Positions 1-12,527 of a DNA stretch of 64,000 nt are shown here, in pieces (positions within the stretch are counted from its first letter, which is position 1; the number at the start of each line of letters is the position of its first letter). The position numbers and the translations under genes were made by a program. The notes under the pieces are model-generated. The model saw only the letters and a program-made list of their open reading frames with translations. It made no database searches and was not told the DNA's origin. The stretch is from Octopus vulgaris (taxonomy: Eukaryota), in contig OX597833.1 of NCBI GenBank assembly GCA_951406725.2, positions 16,740,001 through 16,804,000 of the forward strand. Reading direction: 5' to 3'.

Positions 1-978
1 CTGATGTCAAATCCATCAACGTTGAATCAGCGACGCCAAATTGGCGGTGCCAAAACTGCCGTGCCAAAACGTCTCTCACCTAAGCTTGACATTCGGAACA
101 TTACTAACTGCTCGCAATGGCTAAAATAAAACATAGGTAAGTCTCTTGATCTAGGTTACTCCTGCTAATTCAGGATAAAATGTTTGTTCTAAGGGGAAAA
201 TATTTGCTAGATTTTATATATTTTTATGAAATCTAATGCAGTCAATACGTTGTTTATCAAATAAAGAATAATTAGAATCGTAGTAAATTTTTTAAAAAAA
301 CATATTCCAGAAGATTTCAAAGCTCAGCAAGCAAACAAATTAATGTAGTTTTAGCAAAACAAAATAAAAGAATGAATAAATTCTTCGCCAAAAATCGCTC
401 TAGAAGATACGCCATCATGAGAAAAAAAAAAAAAAAAAACTTAAAAAACCAACATGTCAAAATCCTGAAAACCTATTGAAAGTTGATATGAAGAAATAGC
501 ATTTTTAATAAGCAAATGTGAGAATGTCCTCGAGGCACAACTATATAATCTGGAATAACACCAGTAATGAGAAAGCAAAATAAAACGAATACATCACAGC
601 TGCATGTTCAATGGAATAACCGCAGCGAAATTATGCACAACCGGTCCGATATTGCTACGGAAGTAAACTGCTCTCTTGACATGCAAGTAGTTAGGGTATA
701 CAGGAGAAAGAAAACATTGACGGATCCAATATGAAAAGTTTGCATATCCAGTATCAAAGATACACTTTTGCTAAATCAAAATGTTATGTACCAACCGTTT
801 TAGTTCAAATGATGTTTCACAAAGAATGTAACTGTATAATTTATAAGGGAGACAAATCGTCATATAAACCATGGTAACGAGGGTTTTAGTATTTCAATTT
901 TCTTTCCAGTCTTGCCTCAGGGCAGGTAGCTAGTTAAAAGAAATATGCCTAAAATGTCCAACCATATTTGTACACACA

Positions 979-1018
<40 letters not shown>

Positions 1019-1069
1019 AATACATGCATACATCGAAACTAACTATGATTTAACTTTTCCTCTCACACT

Positions 1070-1124
1070 GTCTCCGATGAAAGGATATTATTATTAATTA
1101 ATATTCTAGAAACAGCTGTAAGAC
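1070..1124 (+). ncRNA. Minimal type I hammerhead ribozyme motif (U4C core variant) in PLE-like remnant
   Basis: gtct-CCGATGA-a-aggatatt..aatattct-a-GAAA-CAGCTG-T-A-agac: stem I gtct/agac, stem II 8 bp, palindromic stem III ACAGCUGU, GUA site. Confidence 0.7.
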
Positions 1125-1211
1125 CTTCTATCTATAAATGCTCTAATATCTATACAGCCATGGTTTTTTTTATCTCATTACACAAAAAATTTATAAATAC
1201 ATACATTCATA

Positions 1212-1410
1212 TCTTTTACTTGTTTCAGTCATTTGACTGTGACCATGCTGGAGCACCACCTTTAGTCGAACAAATCTACCCCAGGACTTATTTTTTGTAA
1301 GCCTAGTACTTATTCTTTCGGTCTCTTTTGCCAAACCGCTAAGTTACGGGGATGTAAACACACCAGCATCTGTTGTCAAGCGATGTTGGGGGAACAAACA
1401 CAGACACACG
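1212..1410 (-). mobile_element. SINE family A (CORE-like), 3' part
   Basis: Reverse complement of the 3' half of the full copy at 12780-13190. Confidence 0.8.
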
Positions 1411-1488
1411 AACATATACACACACATGAACACACACACAGACGCACACACACACACACACATACACATACAAATATATATGTATATA

Positions 1489-2066
1489 CACAGACATAAA
1501 GGAAGTAAATAGACGCCTTTAATTTTCAAAATTTCTGATCTAAGCGTCTTAATATGTTTTCAGCAGTGTAGAATTTACAATGTAATTATTCTTTTTCATT
1601 CCAGGTGCCATTATATTAAGCATTTGCGAAGAGTAACCATACCACGCACAAAATATTCAGCAGAATTGTCAGATTTTCGAAGAGGTCGTATTGTTGGGTA
1701 ATCTGAGGCCGGTCATAGCCAGCGAAAAATTACCGAAAATCTTCAAATTCATCTTGCTACTGTTAATAAAATTATAGTGCAATTTAAAAGCCAAGGAAAA
1801 GAATCAACAGATTCTCGTCCCAGCCGACCTGGGCCCCCGGAATGGAAGCTTCGGTGTTTGAAGAGAATTGTGGAAAACGAACCCCGTTGGAAGGCTTCTG
1901 ACATTGCAAAACAGCTAGAAGTTAGTCCAAGAACGTGTGTTACATATCTGCATAAGCTTGGGTATTATGGACAAGCGGCTAGAAAAAAACCTCTCCTTCA
2001 ACCAATTGATATCAAATACAAAATTTTGAAAATTAAAGGTGTCTATTTACTTCCTGCGTGTCTGTG
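1489..2066 (+). mobile_element. Internally deleted Tc1-like DNA transposon
   Basis: ~45-bp TIRs (cacagacataaaggaagtaaatagacgcctttaattttcaaaattt and its inverse at ~2021-2066), TA on both flanks. Confidence 0.85.
1639..2015 (+). pseudogene. Tc1 transposase N-terminal HTH remnant (start codon lost, in-frame stop, DDE domain deleted)
   Basis: Frame of ORF 1777 extended upstream reads PRTKYSAELSDFRRGRIVG*...LHKLGYYGQAARKKPLL, typical Tc1 paired-like HTH and RKKP motifs. Confidence 0.85.
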
Positions 2067-2529
2067 TATATACACAACTGGTGTTTATGTGCAGGAAAAA
2101 TTAACACGGCAGCTTTAAACTACTCTCAAACAGCGTACAGAACACAGTAAATAAATACAATTCACATTATGACCAAATGCACTGTAACGGTTAAGGTCAA
2201 AGTGACCTGTCAACTGAATCCTAGCTTGCATAAACTTTAAAATAGATGTAATCTATTAATCTCTCCGTGGACACAAATGGAAGGATAAAACCTGCGGACA
2301 AACGACTTTTACTCTTTAACTTGTTTACTCTTTTACTTGTTTATGTCATTTGACTGCGGCCATGCTGGAGTACTGCTTTTTAGTCGAAAAAATCGACCGC
2401 AGGACTTATTCTTTGTAAGCCTAGAACATATTATATCACCCTCTTTCCCGAACCGCTAGGTTACGGGGACGTAAAGACACCAGCATCGGTCTGTCTGTCA
2501 ATCGATGGTAGGGGGACAAACACAGACAC

Positions 2530-2574
<45 letters not shown>

Positions 2575-2613
2575 GCTAAACTGGCATAAATGGCAAAATG
2601 ACCATTCCTAAAC

Positions 2614-2644
<31 letters not shown>

Positions 2645-2668
2645 AAGAGAGAGAGAGAGAGAGAGAGA

Positions 2669-2975
2669 GAGGCGTAATGGCCTTACAATCGCAGCAGATC
2701 CGCGATCGTAGGATCGAGGTTTCGATTCCCAGACCGGGCGTTGTGAGTGTTTATTGAGCGAAAACACCTAAAGCCTCAGGAGGCCCTGGCAGGGGGTGGT
2801 GCGATCCCTACTGTACACTTTCGCCAGCCACAACTTTCTCTCACTCTTTCTTCTGTTGGCCTGCTCGCTTAGCCAGCGGTGTGGCGTCATTTGAAAACTA
2901 AAACAATGCGAAGCGCATTGTGACCAGCGATGTGTAGCAACATCTGATAGCCTGGTCGGTCACGTGGTCACGTGA
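2669..2975 (+). mobile_element. SINE family B (tRNA-derived head), tail type 1, nested in a family A SINE
   Basis: Head ggcgtaatggcc...ggtttcgattcccagaccgggcg with A/B-box-like motifs; inverse copy at 25812-26105; family A halves at ~2310-2530 and ~2990-3150. Confidence 0.8.
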
Positions 2976-3512
2976 TATATATATATGTATGTATGTATAC
3001 GACGGGCTTCTTTCAGTTTCCAAATTCAGTTACAAAATTCACTCTCAAGGCTTTGTCGGCCCGAGGCTATAGAAGAAGACACTTGCCCAAGATGCCACGC
3101 AGTGGGACTGAACCCAAATAGTTTGTAAGCAAGCTACTCCTGCGCCTATACCCACTTTGTCCATTTTTTTTATATACTACGAAGATACAGTCGAATTCTT
3201 TACCTTTTACTTGTTTCAGTTTTGAGACTGCGGCCATGCTGGGGCAACGCCTTGAAGAATGTTAATCGAGCGATTCCCCCTCACTAAACACACCAACACT
3301 GCTTGTCAATCTGTGGGTGATGGTGGGGAGCAAACACAGACACAGAGACACATGTACACAGAAATGTATATACGGTAGGCTTCTAGCAGTTTCTGCCTAC
3401 CAAATCCACTCCCAAGTCTTTGGTGGGACCGAGGCTATAGAAGATAGCGGCCCCGGATGCCACGCAGTGGGACTGAACCCAGAAACATGTGATTGACAAA
3501 CATACTTCTAAC

Positions 3513-4013
3513 CGCACGGCCACGCCTGTACCTGCATAGTCAAGCCTGCGCATGCACAACCACGTCTGCACCTGCACAGCCATGCCTGTGCCTGCACAGT
3601 CACGCCTGCGCCTGCACAGCCACGCCTGAGCCTGCACAGTCACGCCTGAGCCTGCACGGCCACGCCTGCGCCTGCACAGCCACGCCTGCTTCCGCCCAAC
3701 CACGCCTGCACTTGCACAGCCACACCTGCGCCTGCACAGCCACGCCTGTATCTGCACAGCCACGCCTGCGGCTGCACAGCCATGCCTGCGACTGCACAGC
3801 CACGCCTGCGGCTGCACAGACACGCCTGCGGCTGCACAACCATGCCTGCACATGCACAGCCACGCCTGTGCCTGCACAGCTACGCCTGTATCTGCACAGC
3901 CACGCCTGCGGCTATACAGCCACACTTGCACATGCACAGCTACGCCTGCGCATGCACAGCCACGCCTGCGCCTGCACAGCTCCGCCTGCTTCTACACAAC
4001 CACAACTGCGCAT
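3513..4013. repeat. 18-bp minisatellite (consensus gcctgcacagccacgcct-type, ~28 units)
   Basis: Directly visible 18-nt periodicity; contiguous with the 5' end of a minus-strand family A SINE (~3200-3530). Confidence 0.9.
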
Positions 4014-4435
4014 GTTTAATAAAAAGGTACATTTTACATTTCAAATGTTTTTGCATACAACAAATACATGCATGTGTGTGTGTACATGCATGTATGTATG
4101 TGTGTGTGTATGCATGTGTGTGTACACGCACGTGTGTGTATGTGTGTAAGGACATGATGCTAGCTTACATGTGTACACAAATACACCCATAAAATACATA
4201 CATACATAAATATTTGAATATTTTCACACACACACGCATGCAAATATATTTGTGTGTGTGCATGCGTGCGTGCTAGTGTGTGCATATGTATGCTTACATA
4301 ATTACATTAATGCATATATCCAAAAGTACATTCATATTGGAGGCGTGGACTTGAATGTCTGTTTTAAATAATGCGCAATTCGTTATAAAATTATGTAGGA
4401 ACACACACATACACACACACACACACACACTCATG

Positions 4436-4469
<34 letters not shown>

Positions 4470-4539
4470 CAAGCATACATGCATACATACATATAAGCAC
4501 ATATACATACATACATACATACATACATACATACATACA

Positions 4540-4570
<31 letters not shown>

Positions 4571-4850
4571 GTCTGGATATGCATGTATATAGTTACATAA
4601 ATTAGAGCGTGCTGGCGAATAGGTTTTATGTAGTAACGTACTGAATTAGTGATCCAGGTTCGAATACTAACAGCATTCATTTAATTGCAATCGCTGCAGT
4701 TGAATTTCTGTCATATTTCCCTAATTTAAAATGGTGAACCCTTTGGTTGTTGCATCTGTATGTCAAATACATATTGATACATTAAAACACAAACATGCAA
4801 ATGTTTTAGACACACACTCATACATACATACATAGATACATGCATATATA

Positions 4851-5256
4851 TTCTTTTACTCATTTACTTGTTTCAGTCGTTTGACTGTGGCCATGCTGGA
4901 GCACCGCTTTTAGTTGAGCAAATCGACCACAGGACTTATTCTTTGTAAGCCTAGTACTGATTCTATCGGTCTCTTTTGCCGAACCGCTAACTTACGGGGA
5001 CGCAAACACACCAGCATCCGTTGTCGAGCGATGTTGGGAGGGAAAAACACAGACACAAAAACATACACACACACACACATATGTATATATATATGTACGA
5101 CGGGCTTCTTTCAGTTTCCGTCTACCAAAAACACTGACAAGGCTTTGGTCGGCCCGAGGCTATAGTAAAAGACACTTACCCAAGGTGCCACACAATGGGA
5201 TTGACCCCTGGAACCATGTGATTGGATAGCAAGCTACTTACCACACAGCCACTCCT
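4851..5256 (-). mobile_element. SINE family A, near full length
   Basis: Reverse complement of 12780-13190 including head and ttgggcaag-like core. Confidence 0.85.
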
Positions 5257-5587
5257 ATATATATACATATATAAATACTTGCATTACATACATACGCACA
5301 TATACATTAGCATCTGTATGATGTGCATTATATTTTCATAGAGGTTTGCTAAACACACAGGCACACACACACAAGTATATATTTTTTGCAGAATATATTT
5401 ATGTATATATTATATAGATAATATAGATTAAATACATAAATATACATATATATGTATATATTTATATAGAAATGGAGATTTCTGCATCCATACAGGTATG
5501 AGTGCATTAAATGTTAAACCACTCAAAAAAATATATATTTTGCATAAAAAGTAATAAATAAATAAAAAAAAATAAAATAAATAAATA

Positions 5588-5618
<31 letters not shown>

Positions 5619-6594
5619 TGTAAAATAAAAATAGAATATTCTGTAATATGAAGCCAAAAATTTATCGTAAAAAAAAAAGAAAGAACGTACAGAATCGATA
5701 AAGTATAACTGCGTTCTACGTAAAGAACACGTGAGTTTAATGCAAAGATGTTCTTGAAAATTCAAATAGAATTAGCTGATGTCTGTCTCTACCTGTCATT
5801 ATTGAATAATGTAAACTGCATGTTTCACGTTAGCTGTTGACAGTTTTAGTCAATCAGGTCTGTGTCGATATAAATATACATCGATATCCAGACAGGGGAG
5901 TAATTTCAATAATAGAAAGATTATATAGTAACACATTTCACCACTGATTTACCGCGTGAACGGTAACAAGAACACGTGACTTCTCTAGAAAGATCCGTCC
6001 GTCACCAACTCCAAATATGGCGATTGCTTGTTGTTGGTGTTGTTGTTATCGTTGTTGTTGCTGTATTTATTGTGTTCTTTATATGGTAATTATTTGTTGT
6101 ACTTCGGTGAATGCCTTGCCTCACGCGCTGTCGTTTACTACTTACTAAAATTACTGATCGATTCCCATTCGGAAAGCAACGGTCGTGTTCTTCTTCTTGA
6201 ATGGAATAGTCCGAGTGTATGTGTGTATGTATGTATGTGTGTGTGTGTGTGTAAATGTATGTGTGTGTGAGATAGTATGCATACACACAGATATATGGAC
6301 TTATGTATGTGTTCGTATGCGGTGGTTCCATTTAATGCATGCAACCATGCAGAACACATTTTTATGCATGGATTCACATGCATGCTTATCTATGTGCAAA
6401 CATGCGTATATTAGACGTTGAATGTATCTATATTCTTGTTTGATGCGCATCTACATACGATAGACAGCATTTAGAATTCATGTTTTATAAATTTATTTTC
6501 GCATGCGTATGTTTATATATATACATATATATAAATTAGACATCCTATAATTTTCTTGGTCTTATTATAGTCAGATTTTTTCTCAGAGACAGAG

Positions 6595-6595
<1 letters not shown>

Positions 6596-6677
<82 letters not shown>

Positions 6678-6698
6678 TAGATAGATAGATAGATAGAT

Positions 6699-6766
<68 letters not shown>

Positions 6767-6767
6767 G

Positions 6768-6820
<53 letters not shown>
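6596..6820. repeat. Compound (TA)n(GA)n(GATA)n microsatellite
   Basis: Direct inspection. Confidence 0.95.
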
Positions 6821-7040
6821 TACACATGCACGGAGGGAAAAGGAGAGAGTGAGATAGGTTTTGAGAGATGTCTTCACTTCAGTATTAGACGCTCTTTATT
6901 TATCGATCCTGAGAGGAAGAGGACTGCAAATTTGTCCTCGGCATCATTTGAACTCAAATCGAGGTGAGCAGGAATCAATACAGTTAAGCATCCTCTTGAA
7001 CATACAAACAACGCTTCCAACTCACGCACACATACAGATA

Positions 7041-7094
<54 letters not shown>

Positions 7095-7660
7095 ACACTA
7101 CACAAGAGCCCTGTCACTTTACTCCCCCCCTCCCTTACTTACGTCTTTAGCTTTCTGTTGTTAATAAGAACGCGCCTTCCCCATCCATGAATTTAGCTTA
7201 TAGTCTCTATGGATACAGTGATTTTGCATGCGAGCTAGATTGCGTATACATATGTGTACATGCATTTGTGTGTATATTTTAGTTTTGTATTTATATGTCT
7301 GTATATGTATGTGGTCTGCTTACATCTATCTGTGTATGTTGATGTATATATGTATAGTTTAGTATGAGTATGTACTGTTGTGAAATATTTTAATGCATTT
7401 TAATATTTTAATTTCAATTTCCATGTATTAATTATATTTTCTTTATTAATGACAATATGTATTTTAACCAAAGATTCGATGTAAGGTTTTTTCCTCGACT
7501 TTTATAATTTTATATATTTTTTTGTATTTTATATTGAGCTCATTTTTGTTTATCGCTCGAAAATGACCGTTATTTGAAAGGACCAATCAAACAAATCCAT
7601 TTTTAAAGGTGTAGCATTTATACTAGTCTTGATAGAATTGGCATATCGGTTCTATTTTAA

Positions 7661-7710
7661 CAAAAACTGTCCGACGAGCGGGAACGTGAAACTCAGAGTA
7701 ACAGGTTTTG
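7661..7710 (+). ncRNA. Hammerhead ribozyme motif (CCGACGA core) in PLE-like module ~7400-7812
   Basis: caaaaactgt-CCGACGA-gcg ggaa cgt-GAAA-ctc a gag-T-A-acaggttttg; stems I, II and III all pair; related copies at 45142 and 54835. Confidence 0.75.
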
Positions 7711-7809
7711 TTGTATTTCTGCTGCTTTAAAATAAAGCATATTACTCTACCCCTGGTATTTGAGTACTCTTTTTTCCACCTTTATGTGTTTACTTTATGT
7801 GTTTACTCC

Positions 7810-7860
<51 letters not shown>

Positions 7861-8504
7861 GTACATATATATGTATATATGTAAGTGTGTATGTGTGTAT
7901 GTGTGTGTATATGTGTGTCTTTTGTGTGTGTCGTTTGACTGCACGTGTTGGTGCGTTAATATCTCTGTAATTTAGTGGTTCGGCAAAAGAGAGTGATAGA
8001 ATAAGTACTAGGCTTACAAAGAATAAGTCCTGGAGTCGATTTGCTTGACTAAAACCCTTCAAGGCGGTGCTCCTGCATGGCCGCATTCGAAAGGTTAAAA
8101 CACGTAAACGAATAAAAGAGAATATACAGGCTTGATATATACATGGGCCTTCTTACGTCTGATGAGCTGAAGAGATTGTACTTGCATCCTGGAAATTTCC
8201 TCTTCAAAGAACATGCCCTTGTAATAATTTTGATACAAAACAATTTATGCAAATTCTGAGAAATCTATCGTAACCAAAGCAATGGTCCTGATTCCTCGCA
8301 TTTAATGATCTGCGAGAGATATTTCCATGGAGAAAATTAGTTAAACGTAGCATCTCAGTTATTGTTGAATATTTCAACTTTCGTGCCTAAATTTCGTTTC
8401 TGCATTTGGTTTGCAAGATTCTTTATGAGAATTCGTGTCTCGAAGCAAATTATGTTGTCTGGAGAGAGTCATATTGTCTTAGTGCCTTATTATTTCTCTT
8501 ATTG

Positions 8505-8540
8505 CTTTCTGTTCAAGAGCGTAGGCTCGAAACGTAAAAG
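8505..8540 (+). ncRNA. Degenerate hammerhead-like motif (CTGTTCA core)
   Basis: cttt-CTGTTCA-a-gagc gtag gctc-GAAA-CG-T-A-aaag; same family as 9465 and 9734. Confidence 0.45.
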
Positions 8541-8730
8541 ACTTTCTCACATTCCCGAGCGTCGAACTAATACACCTGTCTTCGTCTTTTGCTTTTCTGT
8601 AATTTCAACTATATCAGTGTGTGTGTGTGTGTGTTTTGAGCCTATGATTGTCCCTCACCACCGTTTGACAACAGGTGTTTGTGCGTTAATGTCCCTGTAA
8701 CGTAGCGGTTCGGCAAAAGATACTCACTTA

Positions 8731-9062
8731 TGGCCATCTAACTTCCCAGACCGCAAGCTCCTTGATTATTATGCGTGGTGCGAAAGACCAACAAAACTTC
8801 TCGTAACACCAAAGATGAACTGAAGGCAAGGATTATTGGCAGCATTCAGCAACTTAAACAAGGAGACCGTCCTGAAGAGTTGTAGGAGATTCTGAAGTCC
8901 TCTTGAGGCCATGGTTGAAGCCAATGGAGGTTTTATTGAATAAATTTACTTTTTAGTATTTCAAAATATTTCTATGAAATTTCAGTAGATATGTCTGTTA
9001 AATGAGATGTCAGTGTTATTTTCATCTTTGCGTAATTTAGACGACTGTGTATTCACCGCACC

Positions 9063-9065
<3 letters not shown>
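8731..9065 (+). mobile_element. 3' fragment of Tc1/mariner-superfamily transposon (maT/DD37D-like) with right TIR
   Basis: Decayed WPSNFPD..LDYYAW...KDELKARI...LEAMVEANGGFIE* (WPPNSPDLNPLDY-type motif); ends caccctg|TA. Confidence 0.7.
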
Positions 9066-9101
<36 letters not shown>

Positions 9102-9256
9102 TATATGAAAGAATGGAGTTGAACGACTAGTTAACAAATATCCTTTATTCTCGACATGTGTTTCGAAGGCTGCATATTCCTAATTCCGATGTGAATTTGC
9201 TACCCAGGTATCGGTTATCTTTCGAATTATCCTTAATAAGATAATTCATTCATTTA

Positions 9257-9305
<49 letters not shown>

Positions 9306-9464
9306 GACGGGCTTCTTTTAGTTTCCATGTACCAATTCCACTCACTAGCTTTGGTTGACTATACATATTTATAGTTGAAATTACAGAAAAACGAAAGACG
9401 AAGACAGGTTTGTTGTTGAACAACAAACAGGTGTATTAGTTTGACTTTCGGGTATGTGAGAAAG

Positions 9465-9503
9465 TCTTTTACGTTTCGAGCCTACGCTCTTCAACAGAAA
9501 AGA
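9465..9503 (-). ncRNA. Hammerhead-like motif (CTGTTGA core, A6U)
   Basis: Reverse strand: tctttt-CTGTTGA-a-gagc gtag gctc-GAAA-CG-T-A-aaaga. Confidence 0.55.
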
Positions 9504-9589
9504 ATAAAAAAATAAAAAGATAGAATAAAATAAAACACTTGTGGATCTAGCGGTCAAGTGGCAACTCTATATATACGGTGAAGCATGGT

Positions 9590-9643
<54 letters not shown>

Positions 9644-9733
9644 AGAATTCACGAAAACAAAAACAAAAGACAAAGACAGGTGGTGTAGAAAACAAACAAA
9701 TGTATTAGTATAACGCTCAGGAATTTAAAAAAA

Positions 9734-9768
9734 TTTTTACGTTTCGAGCCTACGCTCTTCTACAGAAA
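9734..9768 (-). ncRNA. Hammerhead-like motif (CTGTAGA core) in module 9641-9832 between (TA)n tracts
   Basis: Reverse strand: ttt-CTGTAGA-a-gagc gtag gctc-GAAA-CG-T-A-aaa. Confidence 0.5.
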
Positions 9769-9829
9769 GGAACACAGAAAGAAACAAGGAGAGAAAAAAA
9801 TATGTGCAGTGGCAACCGATCTATCATGG

Positions 9830-9976
<147 letters not shown>

Positions 9977-10529
9977 CATGCATACATTTATACACACACA
10001 TATGTTATATGTTCTCAAAACAAGTGAAACAGTATAGCTAGTCTTTTCAGTTTTCTTCAGTCGAAGAGAAGGATGTGTGTGTGTGTGTGAGAATTTATTT
10101 GCAATGAATGCAACTACCGTTCTGTTTAAACTGTTTCCAATCAGTGGTTAATGAACTACGAAAGACAGACAGAAGTGGAATTAAGGTAGAAATATTCAGC
10201 AAGACGTTGAAATAACTGGTGGGCATAAGAGAAGAAATTTCTGTAACAAGTAGGTCCTTGAATGAGCGGATTGCTAACGAGTACACGGCTCCGGGCTATT
10301 TCACTGTTGCTAGGAGTAGATTTTCCTATAAAGCCAATAAATTTTATGATGTTGTTATTTTGTGTGCGCGCGTGTGTGTGTGTATGAGGGAGCGTATGCG
10401 CATGTACCATCGTGTGTGTCTATGTGTGTATGTGTGTATGTTATGTGTATTGTGGTTGTAGTGTTTTATGGGTTTGTGTAACACTGGCATTGGAAACGTT
10501 TCTGCTTTATCAGATAGTATATAAATATA

Positions 10530-10835
10530 AATGTGCCCTTTTTTAAAGCCTAGCCAGGCTCATAAGCTCGGTTTCCCGGTTTCAATGGCGTATGTGTTCC
10601 CCAGCTGGACGGGACGCCAGTCCATCGCAGCGTTACTCAAGAAACAAGAAGAAAGAGTGAGAGAAAATTATGGCGAAAGAGTGTAGCAGGGATCACCACC
10701 ACCCCTGCCGGAGCCTCGTGGAGCTTTAGGTGTTTTCGCTCAATAAACACTCACAACGCCAGGTCTGGGAATCGAAATTGTGATTCTGCGACCACGAGCC
10801 CGCTGCCCTAACCACTGCGCCATTGCGCTTCCGCA
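10530..10835 (-). mobile_element. SINE with family B head and family C tail
   Basis: Head matches 15977 copy; tail ggctaggctttaaaaagggc matches 10919 and 38484 copies. Confidence 0.75.
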
Positions 10836-10859
10836 CACACACACACACACACACACACT

Positions 10860-10909
<50 letters not shown>

Positions 10910-10918
10910 TAATAAAAT

Positions 10919-11169
10919 AAATGCGCCCTTTTAAAGCCTAGCCTGGCTCATGGGCCCGGTTTCCCGGTTTCAATGACGTATGTGTTCCCTAGCCGGACGG
11001 GACGCCAGTCCATCGCAGCGTTACTCATTTTTCACAGCTGAGTGGACTGGAGCAACGGGAAATGAGGTCTTTTGCTCAAGAACACAACGCATCGCCCGGT
11101 CCAGGAATCGAAACCACAATCTTACGATCATGATGCTGGCACCCTAACCGCTAAGCCACGCGCCTCCAC
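10919..11169 (-). mobile_element. SINE family C (tRNA-derived)
   Basis: Reverse strand gtggaggcgcgtggcttagcggttagg...ggtttcgattcc (A/B boxes); near-identical to 38484-38992 copies. Confidence 0.85.
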
Positions 11170-11626
11170 TTATCAGATAGTACTTGCTGATATTTGCCTC
11201 TGTATACTCGAGCGAGAAATTTCTTTTCTTTCTTTATTTCACTCTCTGCTGTTGGCACAAAGCCTGTATCTTGGGGGGAGGGGGAGATGGTCTATTATAT
11301 GGCCCCCTGCACTCAACTGGTACTCATTTTATCGAGTCTGAACGGATGAAAAGTAAAGTTGACCTAGGCAAAATCTGAACTTAGAATGAATTTTGGCTGG
11401 TGTGTTAACCACTCTGCCTGCTCGCCGCCTTCAGCAGGATAAATACTGTTTTCAAATTTAGACACAGAGCCGGAAATTTTTGAGAGGAGGGGTACGTCAA
11501 TTGCATCTACCCCAGTACATATCTGGTAACTATTTTATCAACGCCAAAAGTATGAAAGGAAAAGTCTTCCACGGTAGAATTTGAGCTCAGAACCTAAAGA
11601 CGGACGAAATGCCTCTAAGCATTTTG

Positions 11627-11690
<64 letters not shown>

Positions 11691-11693
<3 letters not shown>

Positions 11694-11921
11694 TAAATAA
11701 ATGGAGTTGAACGCATGTGTTATTCAGATTCTTTTACTTTCGACATATGTTTCGAAGACAACATCGGTTTTATTCCAAAGGTTCTCTTTTTTTCTTGATG
11801 AGAAGATTACGTTATTTTACACCGTCTATTCCTTTGGAATAAAACCAATGTTGTCTTCGAAACATATGTCGAAAGTAAAAGAATTTGAATAATAGCTGCG
11901 TTCAACTCCATTTATTTACTT
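11691..11921. repeat. ~90-bp inverted repeat of a PLE-like terminal module
   Basis: aagtaaataaatggagttgaacgca...ttccaaagg versus cctttggaa...tgcgttcaactccatttatttactt. Confidence 0.85.
11791..11875 (+). ncRNA. Hammerhead motif with extended loop 2 (TTGATGA core)
   Basis: tttc-TTGATGA-gaaga[~47 nt]tcttc-GAAA-CATATG-T-C-gaaa; palindromic stem III, GUC site. Confidence 0.65.
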
Positions 11922-12056
11922 ATACTGTACAAATTACTGCACATTAACCCGGAGTTTCTACCTTTGAATGGTACTTGCATGAATTTTGCTACCCTGGTAA
12001 CTGTTTATTGAATTTTCCATGTTAACGGTAAACAAAGGATAATTCATTCATCCATT

Positions 12057-12057
<1 letters not shown>

Positions 12058-12095
<38 letters not shown>

Positions 12096-12488
12096 ATGTG
12101 TGTGTGTGTGCGCGAGTGTGTATAACATGTACATACACCCTCTTCTATACATGTGCAAATGTTTGTACACACACATAGACACACACACGCACACATAAGT
12201 ATATGGGAGTGTGTGCATGTGTATGTATGTATGTATATGTATGCATGTATGTACTATGTATGTATGTATGCATGTATGTACTATGTATGTATGTATGTAT
12301 GTATGTATATATGTATGTATGTATGTATGTATGTACACATGTATGTATGTACACATGTATCATTTGCATAGTTCCACTGAACAGATAACAGATATGAATC
12401 GAAATAATAAAAAAAAATATGGCAGAATAACTTAGCAACTCTGATTTTATTAGCAGAATGAACCACTCTCCTAAGCATGCGCACGTAT

Positions 12489-12527
<39 letters not shown>

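Noticed and set aside
1-80. Repeat end shared with 19061-19126 (gccaaaac sub-repeats)
   Set aside because: Probably a DNA-transposon terminus, but it is cut by the window edge and no partner end or TSD could be verified.
3383-4192. Overlapping 87-218 aa Cys/Ala/His-rich ORFs
   Set aside because: Produced by the 18-bp SINE-derived minisatellite, which is open in several frames on both strands.
8155-8225. CTGATGA followed by a tgaagag/ctcttca stem
   Set aside because: No GAAA and no clear stem III; at best a decayed relic.
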